From the NCBI GenBank assembly GCA_045561055.1, contig JBJKYL010000013.1:64495-128494 (forward strand): DNA of 64,000 bases, in the 5' to 3' direction. This document shows positions 16,246 through 25,387 of this stretch, one piece after another. Within the stretch, counting starts at the first letter, position 1; every line of letters begins with the position of its first letter. This DNA comes from Candidatus Rariloculaceae bacterium (GTDB lineage Bacteria; Pseudomonadota; Gammaproteobacteria; Steroidobacterales; Rariloculaceae). Under the pieces are notes generated by a model. It had not been told where the DNA came from, did not search any database, and was given only the letters and a program-made list of their open reading frames with translations. The position numbers and the translations under genes are program-made.

Positions 16246-17745
16246 ATGTCATACCGTAATCATTCCCCTAAATATATTGCCTTAATTGCATTTATCAGTA
16301 TGGCTTTGCCCGTATCGGTTTTGGCTGAATTTAAGTTTCCTGTGCACATTGAAACCCCATCTGAGGGGATGTTTCTCAGGAATCTTCAGAGTCTCGATGA
16401 CGAAGGGAGAGGCTACTGTCTCGATATTCCTGGTGCTCGCCAGAATATTAATCGCGATAACCCGATCGGTTCTCGGGCGTGCAAATATCTCGAGAACAAC
16501 ATTGATCAGCTATTCCAGTGGGTTGCTCCTGATAGGATTCTTGCGCCCGAATACGAAAACGCTTGTTTGACCGCTGATAATCTTTCTGAGGGTGGTCGAC
16601 TATTCATTCGGGTTTGCTCGGGAGCAGCGGAGCAGTCCTGGTCTATCAGTGCCGGCGGTAGGGTAATTCCAACCGCTAGTCCTAACCTGTGCCTAACATT
16701 TGCCACTGAGCGCGGCATTTCGAACAGTCCAGCATGGCTCTCTACCGTCTACCACAATAGGGCAGTGTCATTAACAGCTTGTTCTGACGCGACGGCGGCT
16801 AGACAGCAATTTCGCTGGGGTACTCAGGACGAAAGAGTACGCGAAGAAGCGCATCAGGTAGGCGACGATATGCCGTCGGATCTGGCGGCTGATCTTCGTC
16901 GGGTTTATGAGGCAGGCGTCGCCTTCGCTGAAACAAACCCACTTTATGCTGACCAGCCAAGGACTTATGAGCTAGAAGAGATTGATGTTGTCAAAAATAT
17001 CTCCTATGGCCCTCACGAACGGCACATGCTCGATGTACACACTGATTCGCATCGCAATGGAGACGGCCGGCCCGTCATTATGTATTTCCATGGTGGCGGA
17101 TTTGTGCGTGGTAACAAGGATGGTAGTCGTAATGTTGCCGACTACTTTGCCAGTTTAGGACTCGTTGGTGTCAACGCTACTTACCGATTGGCACCAGAGG
17201 CTAAATGGCCTGACGGAGCGAACGATGTAGGTGCAGCGGTTGCCTGGGTTAAAGCTAATATTAGCGACTACGGCGGTGATCCTGATCAGATCTTTGTCGT
17301 TGGTAAATCGGCCGCCGCCGCCCATGCAGCGACCTATGCATTTCGACCGGGGGTATTGGATTCGGGAATTCCGGAAGCTGCCGGCGTAATATTGGTTTCC
17401 GGTAATTATGGTGCCGATACGGCTAACCCAGGCGAAAATCGTATCGCCTACTTTGGGGATGACCTCTCGCGATGGGCCAATATATCGACGATCGGGAATG
17501 TTGAGCGTACGAGTATTCCTGTCATGCTAACGGTATCCGAATTTGATAATCCGGGAGTAGATTTATCGCTTGTTTCATTGATGGGCGAGTTGGCCAAGAA
17601 ACAAGGGGAGATGCCGAGAGTCGTCCAGCTTATCGGACATAATCACTATTCGCCCAATCCGAGTATCGGCACCCAAGATACGCAATTGAGCTCTGCGATA
17701 CTTCAGTTTGTAGTATCGACTGCGGGTATCGTCGCTGATCATTAG
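16246..17745 (+). CDS. Secreted ricin-B-type lectin domain fused to an alpha/beta-hydrolase (carbohydrate esterase/lipase-like)
   Basis: N-terminal half has three beta-trefoil-like repeats with CLD/CLT and QxW motifs (YCLDI...QLFQW, ACLTA...EQSWS, LCLTF...QQFRW). C-terminal half has the HGGGF oxyanion motif (VIMYFHGGGFVRG) and the nucleophile elbow VGKSAAA. Confidence 0.75.
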   Translation: MSYRNHSPKYIALIAFISMALPVSVLAEFKFPVHIETPSEGMFLRNLQSLDDEGRGYCLDIPGARQNINRDNPIGSRACKYLENNIDQLFQWVAPDRILAPEYENACLTADNLSEGGRLFIRVCSGAAEQSWSISAGGRVIPTASPNLCLTFATERGISNSPAWLSTVYHNRAVSLTACSDATAARQQFRWGTQDERVREEAHQVGDDMPSDLAADLRRVYEAGVAFAETNPLYADQPRTYELEEIDVVKNISYGPHERHMLDVHTDSHRNGDGRPVIMYFHGGGFVRGNKDGSRNVADYFASLGLVGVNATYRLAPEAKWPDGANDVGAAVAWVKANISDYGGDPDQIFVVGKSAAAAHAATYAFRPGVLDSGIPEAAGVILVSGNYGADTANPGENRIAYFGDDLSRWANISTIGNVERTSIPVMLTVSEFDNPGVDLSLVSLMGELAKKQGEMPRVVQLIGHNHYSPNPSIGTQDTQLSSAILQFVVSTAGIVADH

Positions 17746-17834
17746 CGCCTGTTGGCTGGTTGTTTTGTTGCTGTTAAGACGAAACTAGCCGAAGGCCGAA
17801 TGTTCTGGCTCGTACAGTGCTATGGAGAATAATA

Positions 17835-18458
17835 ATGGCATATAAATTGAAAGTGATTTCGTTGGTTCTGGCCTTTGTAGTAGGTTCCGGTATCTTCACC
17901 GTACGGGCGCAGGACTTGAATGATTGGGTTACGTTGTTCGATGGCAGCAACCTGGATAGCTTTATCCTTACCGGCGATGCCAATTGGCATACCGTTGGTG
18001 ACATCGTCGAGGCGACGGAAGGTAGGGGCTATATGGTTGTTAAAGAGCCCTATGCAGATTTTGTTTTAACCCTGGATTTTTGGGTTTCGAGTAGCGTTAA
18101 TAGCGGCGTTTATATACGTTGTCCAGCACCAGAAGAGCACGGCGGTAGGATCTGTTACGAAGTGCAAATTCACGACTATCGGCCGAACCAGATCTACCGT
18201 ACGGGTGGTATAGTCCGTCATCGATCCCCAGCCGAACACATTACCTCACTGGGGCGTTGGAATACCTACGAGATTAGAGCCGAAGGAGAGCATATTACTA
18301 TCACGTTAAACGACATCGTTACCGCAGAAATCGAGCACAGCGATTATGTTTGCGACCAGCCCTGCGCGCATCGATCCGATGGTTATATCTCGTTCCAGTA
18401 CGTCGATGATAGTGGCGGGATTCTTAGGTTCAGAAATATTAAGATCCAGCAACTTTAA
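17835..18458 (+). CDS. Secreted DUF1080 / 3-keto-disaccharide-hydrolase-like (LamG-fold) protein
   Basis: ORF track starts at 17817. ATG 17835 gives MAYKLKVISLVLAFVVGSGIFTVRA|QD. WVTLFDGSNLDSFILTGDANWHTV, FVLTLDFWVSSSVNSGVYIR and ILRFRNIKIQ are typical DUF1080 signatures. Confidence 0.75.
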   Translation: MAYKLKVISLVLAFVVGSGIFTVRAQDLNDWVTLFDGSNLDSFILTGDANWHTVGDIVEATEGRGYMVVKEPYADFVLTLDFWVSSSVNSGVYIRCPAPEEHGGRICYEVQIHDYRPNQIYRTGGIVRHRSPAEHITSLGRWNTYEIRAEGEHITITLNDIVTAEIEHSDYVCDQPCAHRSDGYISFQYVDDSGGILRFRNIKIQQL

Positions 18459-18540
18459 CGCGAAACTTTTGTAGAATTTCGTCGGTGGTTAGCTTGACCT
18501 GTCGATAGAGGCGATTGCCCTAATGTCGCCGTGAGATTGT

Positions 18541-19641
18541 TTAGGGTCCAGCGAATGCGGCTTCAAATTGCAAATGGCGTCGTGAAGTCTCTTCGTCACA
18601 GACTTCACTGCTGAACTCATAATCCGGAACTTTCATCGTCATTTTTCTGAGAGTGAAGGGTTCTCTCAAGAATACGGGGTCCTCTATTGTGTACGAGTAA
18701 TCCATACGCAGCCCACCGTCAACTAACTTATAGCGCTCTGTGACTATCATTTGATCACTGGAATTGATCCCTCGGACTATACCCCAGGGCATCGCCCGGA
18801 ATGCATGCGTTTCCACCACGAGGGTATCGTCACTTTCGAAGTGGCCGACCGAATAACCGAGTTCGGTCAGTTCGTAGTCATTAGGCGGCTGCCACGGGCC
18901 ATTCAGATGGATGACCCGAACCTGGCCAGTCGTGTCCTGAGTGATGCGAATTTCACTTTCCGTTCGGGTCCATAGGCGTGGGAACGGCCAATCGATGATT
19001 CTTGGTAACGCCATCGGCACGCAATCGAAATATGGATCAGTATTGGCATCATAATCTTCCGTCAATTCCTGCCCCCTTTGCGTGAGCGCCATGTCTGCCC
19101 ACGGGGTTTCAAAGTTGCTCACTAGCATCCTTCTGAGATCTTCCGCCCGAGGTAAACCGGAATACCTTGTCCATGTCCCCGAGAAGTCGGTGGAAGGTTC
19201 AAGGGTCACAGATTCGGATTCATCTCGCTGATCCGTTGGCAGTACTGCTTGCTGGAAAGAGTAGAGCAACGTCCCATCGTCGCGTCTGACCGAGTCGAGA
19301 AGCGCGAGCCTTATGCCTTGAGTACGACTCGGGTTCGCTACGACGACGAGGTGGTCTCCTAGTTTTAATGCGTCTCTACTCCAGCCGTTTCTCTCCAACC
19401 CAGAAACGGAGTGTGACTCCAGCGTCCATTCTTCAGATTGGCTACCTTGTTCAGTGGAATTTACCACGAGGTAAACATGCGGATTGCGCCAAGTTATTTC
19501 GGTGACTGTGCCCTCAATCTCGATTGTCTCATCCAGTAAGAAACCTGAGCGAGAATGATGCCCCAGAGTCTGGAAACTTTGTAAAAAAGCTAGACAGAAA
19601 AACGAGGAAAGGCCAAGACTAATTATTCTTGATCTATTCAT
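18541..19641 (-). CDS. Exported fused N+C two-module protein, paralog L3
   Basis: ...FLQSFQTLG|HHSRSGF, TWRNPHVYL, GDHLVVVANP. C-module has FSGTWTRYS, YFDCVPMALP, LGYSVGHFESDDTLVVETHAF, TERYKLVDGG, IEDPVFLREP and SEVCDE. Confidence 0.85.
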   Translation of the reverse strand: MNRSRIISLGLSSFFCLAFLQSFQTLGHHSRSGFLLDETIEIEGTVTEITWRNPHVYLVVNSTEQGSQSEEWTLESHSVSGLERNGWSRDALKLGDHLVVVANPSRTQGIRLALLDSVRRDDGTLLYSFQQAVLPTDQRDESESVTLEPSTDFSGTWTRYSGLPRAEDLRRMLVSNFETPWADMALTQRGQELTEDYDANTDPYFDCVPMALPRIIDWPFPRLWTRTESEIRITQDTTGQVRVIHLNGPWQPPNDYELTELGYSVGHFESDDTLVVETHAFRAMPWGIVRGINSSDQMIVTERYKLVDGGLRMDYSYTIEDPVFLREPFTLRKMTMKVPDYEFSSEVCDEETSRRHLQFEAAFAGP

Positions 19642-19749
19642 TACTTTTTTATTCGAAAGTTAAGTAAAAGTCACCCTGAAAAGATCGCTATTATCGAATT
19701 GGATATGCACGGATATCCTTTATATACGAGCCTTACTTGTTAAAGAGTT

Positions 19750-20817
19750 TTAAAGTTCCCATTCGGGCACACAATCGAATTCGTATAGGTTTACTCCAGG
19801 TATCCATCTACGGGGCATCTCTAGCGTCACGGGTTCTGCCAGCATGACCGGGTCTGTCATTGTAAATGTATAGTCTAACCACTCCCCATTTTCCCGTGTC
19901 GAGAATCGTTCAAGATAAGTCATTTGATCGGATTGTGGCATTGAACCCTCTAAGGCAATGGGATGATCGATATGACTTGTGTTCACAATGAGATCATCTC
20001 CCTCCCAGTGGCCTAGCGAGTAGCCAACATTCGAATAGGTCGGTTCAGGAGCGGTCTCAGCGTTCATGTAGACGTAGCGATGCGTGTTGTACTGTTCAAT
20101 CCAAATATGGACTATATCGTCCTGATTTTCGATTAGGATTCTAGATCGTTCGAACATTGCCGTCGGCATGCCAGTCTGGCACTGCAGTTCGGTAGCATCG
20201 TTACCCCCCGGATCTAGCGTGGCGGCGATCGCATGGCCCTGGTCTGAAAGATATGGCTGATATGCAGAGAGCGGTGGTTGCGAGGCTTGCCGTATACTCC
20301 ATAGACGGAATATGCCGTCTGCATTCGCTCTGTCCTCTGCGATTCTAGCTTCGGTAGCCGCCATCTCGCTAGGTTCCCAGAGTTGACCCCATCGTGCCGT
20401 CGTTACGCCAGCCATCCCGCCTATATGTTCTAAACCATTGGGCAATAGAAGGTTAGTTAGTCCTAAGGCTGATGGATCACGTCTGGAGACAAAGCCCGCC
20501 GCCCTAACAAAATCTCCAACCTGCACAAATTCTTCCTGGGTAACACCAGCTCGAAGGAATGTGGTGGGGCTTGGGCTCGCTTCGAGCTCCCAAACTTTTC
20601 CGTCCACATCCTCCATACGATAACGTATATGTGGAGCACGCCAGAAAACATCGGTGATTGTGCCTTCGACCTCAACTGGATCGTCTGGATTAGGTGCGAT
20701 ATATAGCGCTTGATTAGTGACGCCACCGTGATGGGCATTAACGACGGCTGCAAGGAATACGCCGAATACACCAACGATGGACCAAATAACGGATCTGAAG
20801 CTTTTTAGAATCGACAT
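19750..20817 (-). CDS. Exported fused N+C two-module protein, paralog L4
   Basis: ...FLAAVVNA|HHGGVTNQ, FWRAPHIRY, GDFVRAAG. C-module has GIFRLWSI, ELQCQTGMP, VGYSLGHWEGDDLIVNTSHIDH, LERFSTRENG, MTDPVMLAEP and YEFDC. Confidence 0.85.
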   Translation of the reverse strand: MSILKSFRSVIWSIVGVFGVFLAAVVNAHHGGVTNQALYIAPNPDDPVEVEGTITDVFWRAPHIRYRMEDVDGKVWELEASPSPTTFLRAGVTQEEFVQVGDFVRAAGFVSRRDPSALGLTNLLLPNGLEHIGGMAGVTTARWGQLWEPSEMAATEARIAEDRANADGIFRLWSIRQASQPPLSAYQPYLSDQGHAIAATLDPGGNDATELQCQTGMPTAMFERSRILIENQDDIVHIWIEQYNTHRYVYMNAETAPEPTYSNVGYSLGHWEGDDLIVNTSHIDHPIALEGSMPQSDQMTYLERFSTRENGEWLDYTFTMTDPVMLAEPVTLEMPRRWIPGVNLYEFDCVPEWEL

Positions 20818-20971
20818 CAGGATGTTCTCCTTAATCTTATATTAGTCACTAGCTGAGTTAGTGCATATCGTGCGTCTCTGACATTAGTGTATTGTCATAG
20901 AGGCACAGAAGCTTTTTAAGTAGCCATTTTTCTAATTATCTTTAAAGTTGTCTGTTCTATAAATCGGTTAA

Positions 20972-22714
20972 TCATCGGCTAAACATATACACAGCGCCTG
21001 AGTCGGGTATCGAGTTGTCATCCTGATCACCATCTACTCCAACGGCATTACTATCCTCTAAATATGCACCTACGACAAAAACGGAACCATCCTTACTAAT
21101 GCTAACCGAGCTTCCAAATTCATCAAACATTTCTGTATTTGAGCCTTTAACGTAGGCTTCTTGCAGCCAGGTTTGACCTTCTCGGGTGAATACATACACG
21201 GCACCCGCCTCTTGCGCAGAGTCGTTATCCTGTAATCCATTAATTCCTTGCGCGGAGCTATCCTCATATTGAGCGCCTACCACTAGCACATTTCCATCAC
21301 CACTGACGGCAAGCCGGGAGCCAAAGACATCGCCTGATCCAGTATTAGAAGCCTTGATATAAGCCTGCTGTGACCAGCTACCATCATTATTTTCAACGAA
21401 CGCATACACTGCGCCCGTCGTTGGTCGGATGTCGTCTTGGTAGTCGGGGCCGGGAATATTGTTGATTCCGGTCGTTAGCCCATCCTCATCTTGGGCGGTT
21501 CCGATGACTGTTTTTCCGTCATCACTGATTGCTACTGCGACACCCAAAGAATCACCCCGCTCAGCGTTAGAAGCCTTCAGATAACCGATCTGATCCCAGG
21601 TATCACCATCAAAGTCAAATACATAAATAGCGCCGGTACCGCGGACTAAACCATCTTGATACTCGTTAGTAGAAGCAGGCGAACCGTCCTCGTCGTAGCC
21701 ACCAATTGCGACACGCCGGCCATCACCGGTGATGGCTAGCGAATAACCGAATAATGCATCAACCTCGGGATTCGATGGCTTTAGATAGGCTGTTTGAGTC
21801 CAAGTTTCTCCCTCACGTTCAAATACGTAGGCAGCACCAGCCGATCGCTTGGAGTTGTTGAGTTGGTCGCCGTTCATGCCGGTAGCATTGCTATCTTCCG
21901 CTGTGGCAGAGACGATCAGTTTATTACCGTCATCACTCAGTGCCAGGGCAGCGCCGAACTGATCACCGTCGTCGAATTCTTCACCATAGGAGTTTTCATA
22001 GGAATATTCGCCAGCATTTATATTTCCGAAATTTTCAGTTGCCAACGGCGGCGCGTCTGCGGGAACTTCTGTGGCCACATGCCCAGTATTTGACGCTTTG
22101 ATATAGGCCTCCTGAGTCCAGGTCGTTCCGTTGCGGACAAAAACATAGGCAGCACCAGACTGACCGATTGAATCGTCGTTCTGATCTCCGTTGATACCGG
22201 TCGCTGCACTAGACTCGAAATGAGCTGATACGGCTAGTGTGTTACCGTCAGCGCTCAGAGAGGTAGCAAATCCGAAGTTATCGGTTACGCCAGGGTTAGA
22301 CGCTTTAATATAAGCTTGCCGAACCCAGCTACCGCTTTCATTAGCAAATATATAGACCGCGCCAGAACCGAACAAGGATTCGTCGTCTTGGTCGCCGTTA
22401 ATACCTGATGAGCTACTACTTTCGAATGGTGCGCCAACGGCGAGTGTCATACCGTCGTCACTCAGCGACACTGCATTATCACCAATAGCTGAGCCGCCCG
22501 AACCGAAATTAGCGCCGAACGAAGGGTTAGAGGCTTTAAAATATGCAATCTGAGTGATACCGCTGCTTTGAATTGCGGACGGTGCGGCTTGCTGTTCAAC
22601 CTCTAGAGGATCCGTTAAGTTCTGTGCGGCAGAGTCAGTGGGCTCGTCTCTCGGCCCTGTACAAGCGGCGACGAACGCATAGCTGATTAGCAGCGCATAT
22701 ATTTTGTTATTCAT
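20972..22714 (-). CDS. Lipoprotein with seven FG-GAP/integrin-alpha-like repeats (predicted 7-bladed beta-propeller)
   Basis: Lipobox LLISYAFVAAC. Seven units of the form [AG]Y[IFLV]K[APG]SN...FG..[LV]..S.DG..[LV].VGA..E.S...GING[DL]Q.[DN].S....GA[VA]Y[VM]F: AYFKASN, AYIKASN x3, AYLKPSN, GYLKASN, AYVKGSN. The start overlaps the upstream N-module stop as ATGA. Confidence 0.75.
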   Translation of the reverse strand: MNNKIYALLISYAFVAACTGPRDEPTDSAAQNLTDPLEVEQQAAPSAIQSSGITQIAYFKASNPSFGANFGSGGSAIGDNAVSLSDDGMTLAVGAPFESSSSSGINGDQDDESLFGSGAVYIFANESGSWVRQAYIKASNPGVTDNFGFATSLSADGNTLAVSAHFESSAATGINGDQNDDSIGQSGAAYVFVRNGTTWTQEAYIKASNTGHVATEVPADAPPLATENFGNINAGEYSYENSYGEEFDDGDQFGAALALSDDGNKLIVSATAEDSNATGMNGDQLNNSKRSAGAAYVFEREGETWTQTAYLKPSNPEVDALFGYSLAITGDGRRVAIGGYDEDGSPASTNEYQDGLVRGTGAIYVFDFDGDTWDQIGYLKASNAERGDSLGVAVAISDDGKTVIGTAQDEDGLTTGINNIPGPDYQDDIRPTTGAVYAFVENNDGSWSQQAYIKASNTGSGDVFGSRLAVSGDGNVLVVGAQYEDSSAQGINGLQDNDSAQEAGAVYVFTREGQTWLQEAYVKGSNTEMFDEFGSSVSISKDGSVFVVGAYLEDSNAVGVDGDQDDNSIPDSGAVYMFSR

Positions 22715-23133
22715 CGATTTGGGGGTTCCTCAGTAAATATGACCTCACCTGTGTCCGTGAGGATAACCTGCGCTCCGTTGGCACCACGCGAAAGTCTGAT
22801 ACTAGGGGCTCCATTCTTCATTGCTAAGCCGCGAACTGTCACTCTATCACCAGGTTTCAGGATATTTTTGTGCCAGCCTTCCGTGGCCATTAGCGGTGGG
22901 TTATTGAATTCGGCCATCCAGCGCACCGGATTGCCAGCTTCATCTTCTACTTCAACAGCGAGTAGCGCGTGGGGATTGATAAACATTAACTGAATGACTG
23001 TGCCGGAAATTTCTGATAGCTGATCTTCGTATCGACCAGCTGTGCCGTGATGCGCATATGCAACTGAGCTTACCAATACACTCACAGTCAGTACGTGAAG
23101 TGCGGCATGAAAGCGTCTATTTACTTTGTTCAT
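22711..23133 (-). CDS. Exported N-module-only protein (His-His/NPH), paralog S2
   Basis: MNKVNRRFHAALHVLTVSVLVSSVAYA|HHGTAGRYEDQLSEISGTVIQLMFINPHALLAVEVEDEAGNPVRW...GDRVTVRG; 140 aa. The stop overlaps the propeller start by 4 nt. Confidence 0.85.
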   Translation of the reverse strand: MNKVNRRFHAALHVLTVSVLVSSVAYAHHGTAGRYEDQLSEISGTVIQLMFINPHALLAVEVEDEAGNPVRWMAEFNNPPLMATEGWHKNILKPGDRVTVRGLAMKNGAPSIRLSRGANGAQVILTDTGEVIFTEEPPNR

Positions 23134-23166
23134 TCGGCTTTTCCTTAAAAATTGTGCTTGTGGAGT

Positions 23167-24667
23167 TCAACGACTCCTAATATCTGGGGCATTATCATCG
23201 GGCAGCCATGATGCGAGTTCTGATTTTATGTTAATTAACTGAGGATGATTTGCTAAGTTGTAAAATTCATGAGGATCTTCAATATAATCATAGAGTTCTT
23301 CTGAACCATCCGACCAGCTAACGTAGTGATAGCGGTCTCCGATTATCGCGTGATTTCTATAGCCGTTGGTTATAATCGTCGGCTGGTGCCAGTCGGTGTC
23401 CGGGTTTTTCAACAGTGGTAGAAGGCTAGTGCCCTCGACGTGTTCGGGTATTGGTAGGCCTGCCAGTTCCGCCAGCGTTGGATAAATATCAAGAAGGTTA
23501 ACTGGTATGTCGGTTCGTGTACCTGCTTGTGTGACTCCTGGAGCCACGATAAACATTGCGACCCGCGTCGATTCGCGCCACAGCGTTTTCTTTGCATAGG
23601 ATGATTTCTCACCGACGTGGAAGCCATGATCACCGAAAACGACTAATATCGTACTGTCGGCTCGGCCGCTGGCATCGAGCCCATCCAGAACGCGCCCTAA
23701 CATTGCATCGACATAGCTAATACTGGCCAGATTGCCTTGTACGGCTTCGTGCCATTGATCCGTGGCGAGAACAAATTGGTGCAGTGCCATGTTGGTCTGG
23801 CCACTGACTGAACTACCTTCTGTGACGAAATTACCTCGCAGTGCGGCATCGGGAACGTCACTCAAGTCATTTTCTATTATCGGAGGTAGCTCTATCTGTT
23901 CTATAGGATGCATGTCGAAGTATTTTTGTGGTACGTACCAGGGCTGGTGTGGCCGACGGAACCCCATCGCATCGAAACGGGGCATATCAGTTGGTTCATT
24001 TAGATGTTCCGCCATCCAATCGGCTAATTGACCGTCTCCAGTTTCCGAGTCGTAGGCATTGATCGGGCCCCAGTCGAAAGTATTGTTCCGGCCGCCAAAA
24101 CTAGCGCCGTTTAATGGCAGCTCACCATCGGGGTTCAAATCGGGGAAGCGTTCTTGGTCGAACGATGGAAAATACTCATTCCAGGCTGTTCTATCGTTGT
24201 GTCCGGTATGAAATATCTTGCCTCCGCCAATCGTGCGATAACCCGAGTCCATAAAATAGCCGGGTAGGGTACGTACGCTAGTTGCGACTGGGCTTTCTTC
24301 CCAGTCATTCTGGTTGAAATAGACGCCTGTCGTTGAAGTACGTAAGCCCGTGAGGAAAGCTGTTCGAGTAGCGTTGCACACTACCGCGGGAGCGTGAGCG
24401 TTAGTGAACAGTAGTCCTCGTTCGGCTAGCCGCCTCCATGTTAGGTGTCTTAGCTTGCGGGTGTCCGTCCAGTGGACTGATCCAATCGTTCATATCGTCG
24501 ATAACGATGAACAGGATATCGGGCCGTTCTGGGGTTTGAGCAAAGAGAAGGCCTGGAAGAGCGAATAATAGAGCTATCAGGGTAGCTCCAGGTAACGCTA
24601 AATTGAAATTTTCTTCCACGTTATTCATCACATTGCTCATGACTGGAGTAACCGCCATTATCTCCAT
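23167..24667 (-). pseudogene. Cys-type sulfatase interrupted by a single frameshift (pseudogene or assembly error)
   Basis: ORF 24401-24667 encodes the signal peptide plus PDILFIVIDDMNDWISPLDGHPQAKTPNME, then goes out of frame. The adjacent frame continues RLAERGLLFTNAHAPAVVCNATRTAFLTG into ORF 23167-24381. One extra nt lies near 24433 (GGAGGCGG). FGly motif is CNATR. Confidence 0.8.
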
Positions 24668-24690
24668 CGACTACATGAACGATCTAGTTG

Positions 24691-25118
24691 TTAGATTGGT
24701 GGTAATAACTCCTGCATAGGAAAACGCCAATCATTGGTGGTAATGCCATCGTCAAGTGGATGATCTCTGACCCTAAACTCGGTGCGGCGAGTTCGGCCAT
24801 GAATGGTGTTCCAACCCAGAAGAGGGGCGTAGAACCCTAATAGTAGAATTAACATTGACCACCCAGACAAGCGGTTGGCGCAGCTGCTGTGGCACATATA
24901 ACAAAAGAAGCACAACGATCATTGCCGCAGCATCACCGAACACTTCTCGGAAAAAATGGTGCCAGCTGTGTTCCACGGGAAGACGGCTCTCAGAAGTTAG
25001 TATCATTCCGGCATCGCCGATATGACCCCCACGTGTAACCTATGCTCTGTAGGCCAAGCAAGAATCCGATAATCGTCAGTACACGTGCGATGTTTAGTCG
25101 ATTTACAGCAGCAGGCAT
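24691..25118 (-). pseudogene. Fragments of a small membrane-protein gene spread over three reading frames
   Basis: ATG at 25118 preceded by AGGAGA gives MPAAVNRLNIARVLTIIGFLLGLQSIGYTWG, then a stop. The other two frames carry the ORFs 24773-25006 and 24691-24915 with hydrophobic stretches. The first shift window contains a C5/G5 run at 25026-25030. Family not recognised. Confidence 0.3.
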
Positions 25119-25387
25119 TTTAACTCTCCTAGGTAGAGGATTATCGTTCGATAGAAAAGCCGCTTGTTTGGGGTCACGATACCCTGTAATTATTAAATCT
25201 GACTATACAATAAAATAGGACTTAAGCCACGTTCATGTTCTTATTAAAGGTTTTAAATATTATTAACGTAAAATTTTATCGGGGTCATTCCAAGGTCCCT
25301 GTATAGATCAGATTGACCTATTGATGCTAAGTTTCGGTTTATCAAGTCCTGTAGCAGTGCTCGGATTGGATTGAAGGAAATCGTAGG

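Noticed and set aside
24381-24440. Programmed ribosomal frameshifting as an explanation for the split sulfatases (also at 30680-30730)
   Set aside because: I could see no slippery heptamer or downstream structure at either junction. The intact paralogs are encoded in one frame. Simple indels, meaning a pseudogene or a sequence error, are the more economical explanation.
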